DNA from: Apteryx mantelli
Lineage: Eukaryota
DNA: 64,000 nucleotides
Assembly: GCF_036417845.1 (NCBI RefSeq)
Contig: NC_089978.1
Location: 20,838,000 to 20,901,999 of the forward strand
Direction: 5' to 3'
This document shows, one piece after another, positions 60,581-64,000 of the stretch. A model generated the notes under the pieces. The model worked only from the letters and a program-made list of their open reading frames with translations. It was not told the DNA's origin and did not search any database. A program made the translations under genes and the position numbers. Each line of letters starts with the position of its first letter. The stretch's first letter is position 1.

Positions 60581-62479
60581 GATGTTTCATGCAGCTTTTT
60601 CTACCCATCTTTTCTTTACTTGCACGAGAAACACGCAAAAACTGTACTTCTATTATAATTGTAGCTTAAAACAGTAGTAGTTTTGTAAAGAAGCTCTTCT
60701 ACTTTTTTTTTTTTTTTTAGTTGACGTAAGATATATCTGGAATGTCTTTCCTGATTTTTCTTTTTCCCTGCAATGTTAAACTATTTTTTTGCTCTTCTGC
60801 CTGACCTATGATTGTGTTTCGATGTAAACTTAGAGTGCTGAAATTTGCAGAATTGAATATGATGGAGACCTTGAAGTAGTTTCAGAGTATGTTTGCTGGG
60901 AAACACTACTGGCATATAAAATGTGTGAAAGCCTTTTAAATAGAGGGGCTCTTTTCAATTAAAATAACTAACTATAGTGCTCTTCTTCTCTTTGTTTAGA
61001 GAGATTCTTCTTTCTTTGAAAGTAGCCTGAATTGGTTGAAACTTTTCTAAAATTTCATAAATTTCAAATGCAAAAAATTACATAACTTTTTTTAATGATT
61101 TTATATTTGCAAGTTGTTTAACTAATTTATAAGTTTGGCTTTAGGCTTTAGTCAAACACATGGTGGTATAGAAGTGCCTGCTTAGTGTATCAAGATTTTG
61201 AAACTCTTAGATCAGAGAACCTTTGGACCAAGAATTTTTTTATATGTCCATGATGCTGCCACAGTTAGATTGTGTCTTGATTTCTTAAGAATGTTATGCT
61301 TCAGAGATAATATTTATAGTTTTGCCTATGAGAGTCATTGGTCCAAATAGTACGTCAAGCTTAAATATAAGAGTACCCTTCCGTTACAACGATGGAATGT
61401 AAAATTTATGTATTGGAGAGTCATACCGCTCCACACGCTTCTAAAGAACATCAGCATACATGGATTACAGTCTTTCCTTTTTTTTAAAAAGTTGTATGTG
61501 CTGACTGAAAGGCATCTCCCACCCCCTTTTTCTGCCTCCTTCTTCCTCTAAACAGTTTATTCTGTATCAGGTTCTGAACTGTATTCTGTTGGGTATACAG
61601 AACTGAAAAAAAGCTGTACGGGATATTCAGTGGCATATATTTAATGTAGTTGGCGTTCGACAAGAGGTTCCCAGTTTGCAGGTTCCCAAGCACAATACGT
61701 GGCCCGAGCAGGTTGGCTGTGCTGGACAGAAGCTGGCTCAGTGTGAGGCCAGTCAAGCACTGCCTGGAGAAGCTCTTGTCATTCCCTGCCCTGACACTGC
61801 TGGAGCTAGTGCAGAGAGGCAGCCCATCAAGAATGGCATTAGGCTGGGGAGTTGGACCTACTGATAAGTGAAACATTAAGATGTTCTACTTAAGACAGTT
61901 GGCAACAAAAGTTTGGGAATGTTTCTGTTTTGTATACCTAGAAAGCTTCTTCTACTGTTCAAAAATTCTTCTAAAATGACAGGCTTCAAGACAAATTGTG
62001 GTGTAACCTATAAGCAGGTAACCTTAATTTTGCTCTTTAATTACATGGTGATATCCCTTTCCATAAGAGTTGGTTTTGGCCCATGACTAGCTCTTGTAGA
62101 AACTATAGCAGTATAAAAATGTTTTAAAATATTCTCTTATTTGTAAGTAACAGAACAAATAATAATATGAGTAAAATAATTCTAGGAGATGAGTGAAAGT
62201 CTACAACTTTAGTATGATGAACAGCAATCTCGTCTTCATTTAATTCACTTTGATAAGCTGCAATTTTGTATCATTCAAGTATGTACTGAACACAGAGTCA
62301 TTTCAACAGCTGAATAGTCTCACTTTGGTTTATTAAACATAATGTAAGCTTAAAGACTTATATTTACATTCCAGTGAACATGTTAAGTTCCCTATGAACA
62401 AGTTAATTTAACATGAGTCAGCAGTTTTTGCAGCAAAGAAGGTTTTTGCAGCCACATCCAAGAGTGTAGCCAGCAGATC

Positions 62480-62780
62480 AAGGGAAATGTTTTTTCTCTA
62501 CTCAGCAGTGGTGAGACAGCATCTGGAGTGCTGTGTCCAGTTTTGGTCTCCCCAGGACAAGGCGTGGACCTACTGGAGTGGGTCCAGCAAAGGGCCATGG
62601 AGGTGATAAGGAGGCTAGAGCACAGGACATGCAAGGAGAGGTTGAGAGAGCTAGGTTTGTCCGCCTTAAGAGGAGGAGGCTCAGGGCTGATCGTAGCACT
62701 GTCCACCCTACTCAGTGGGAGGGTGTAGAGCGGACAGAGTCAGACCCTTCTCAGAGGTGCACACTGAAAGGGTAAGAGGC
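62480..62780 (+). mobile_element. CR1 fragment, plus orientation
   Basis: The plus-strand ORF reads '[36 protein letters not shown]'. This is the conserved CR1 ORF2 C-terminal region, compare '[23 protein letters not shown]' in the other copy. Confidence 0.8.
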
Positions 62781-64000
62781 AGCAGACAACCTGGAACATA
62801 GGGAAATCTGTTTAGAAACAAGGAAGAGAAATCTTGCTGTGAGGGTGGTCCAGAGGAGCTGTGCAATGTCCGTCCTTAAAACTTGACTGGGCAAATTGCT
62901 GAGCAGCCTAATGTAGTTGGACCTGCTTTGAGCAGGGGATTGTACTTGTTGACTTCCAGAGATCCCTTGCAACTGAGGTTGTTCTGCGACTGTAGTAAGA
63001 GGATGTCGCAGATGAGTGGAGAGTGATGTACTTCATTCGTACGAGGGAAGCAGTACTATGTTTATTGTGGTAAGATAGTGATTTAACAAAGTTCAGTCAT
63101 AAATAAGAATGATTTAACGAGGTTCGATTGGCAAGATTCACTCAGTTATTTACTGCATGGAGGACAGGGTCAGATGCAAGTGCAAAGGAGACCCTCCCCT
63201 TGAGTCATGAGGTTCAGAAAGGACCCCCTTGCTTTCCAAACTCCTTCTGAGGGGAGCCTGGGTGCAGCTGGATCTGATCCTAGTCTCAGACTTGGTCAAC
63301 AGTTTACGTCTAAGGGATTATGTGCACAATCAGTCAGAGATATAACTTAGCAAAGTTTGCAAAGTTTCAGCATGCTGTTACTCACTGAGGATCTGTCACG
63401 GGTAAGGAATCTCTCAGCCTCGAGGAGTAACCTTGAGAGGCGTCCCTGCTCAAGAGGAGGTTCTGCAGTGCAGCCCACTGCCGTGCAGGAGAGCTCAAGG
63501 GCCTCTGGACTGCCCCCTATTTATGGGGGGGAGATGATTGACTCATAGTCATATTTGCATGCTAGACGGTCTATAGCTTGCACATGCTCAATTAGCCCCC
63601 TGTCTACATGCTGTTTAGAGGGAGGTCAGGTTGAGGGGGAAGGAGTGTACCATCACAGAGGGATACTAGTTGCTTATTTGATGAGGAACCCCATTAAAAG
63701 AAAGAAAGGGAGATGGATGAACATGGTTTTGAAAACACATTCCTGAATCAGAAGTGTATGGTTAAGCTAAATTGCAAGAGGGGAAGTATACTACTGTGTT
63801 TGAATATAGGCTACTTGTTTATGTGGCTGTGAAGCAAAATACTGATAAAGATTATAATCAGTTTTGCTTACTGAAGTTGAGTAGCATATATATGACCTTG
63901 GAAAATGGTTAATGGTGCTCTGGCGAAAATTGTGGAAATATATTTAATAGTAAATGTTAAATGGCAGTGCTTCTGAAGATTCCCTTCTCCAAACTTGATT

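Noticed and set aside
1-64000. Search for a prokaryotic or novel defence or mobile 'system' (operons, CRISPR, toxin-antitoxin modules)
   Set aside because: The sequence is plainly vertebrate. It has spliced genes with GT-AG introns, CR1 LINEs and CpG-island promoters, and it lacks operon-like ORF density and CRISPR-type repeats.

Overview
This window is vertebrate nuclear DNA, almost certainly avian and most likely chicken or another galliform. The evidence is that it is AT-rich with GT-AG introns, carries three CR1 LINE fragments with the avian-type (ATTCTGTG)n 3' terminus, and has discrete CpG islands. It is not a prokaryotic or accessory-element locus, and I see no defence or mobile system to report. 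From family knowledge of the encoded proteins I recognise three genes. (1) The 5' part of CENPJ/CPAP lies on the minus strand, with coding exons at about 834-3927. Their translation matches the CPAP N-terminus and its conserved coiled coil, '[41 protein letters not shown]'. (2) A complete PARP4 (vault poly-ADP-ribose polymerase) gene lies on the plus strand. Its CDS spans 10907-57534 in 34 coding exons, totalling 4914 nt (1637 aa plus stop), with all phases consistent. The BRCT, PARP catalytic ('GNLGSGIYFSDS'), VIT ('FPLDDKAAVCGFEAFINGKHI'), vWA ('IICLDCSNSM') and C-terminal ('LELGKDWDSATKK') segments are all recognisable. (3) The acidic, chromodomain-starting first coding exon of MPHOSPH8/MPP8 ('EEEDVFEVEKILDVKTEG') lies on the plus strand at 60041-60286, behind its own CpG island. 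CENPJ and PARP4 are head-to-head on a shared CpG island (about 5390-6460) that contains two oppositely oriented ZNF143/SBS-type 'ACTACA..TCCCA' motifs. Items worth a second look are an orphan CpG-rich, promoter-like block inside PARP4 intron 16 (32450-32830), an ambiguous donor for PARP4 coding exon 6 (either a GC donor or an in-frame 72-nt extension), and a gene order that differs from what I recall for human 13q12. Exon coordinates were derived by hand from the sequence and should be taken as accurate to a few nucleotides.
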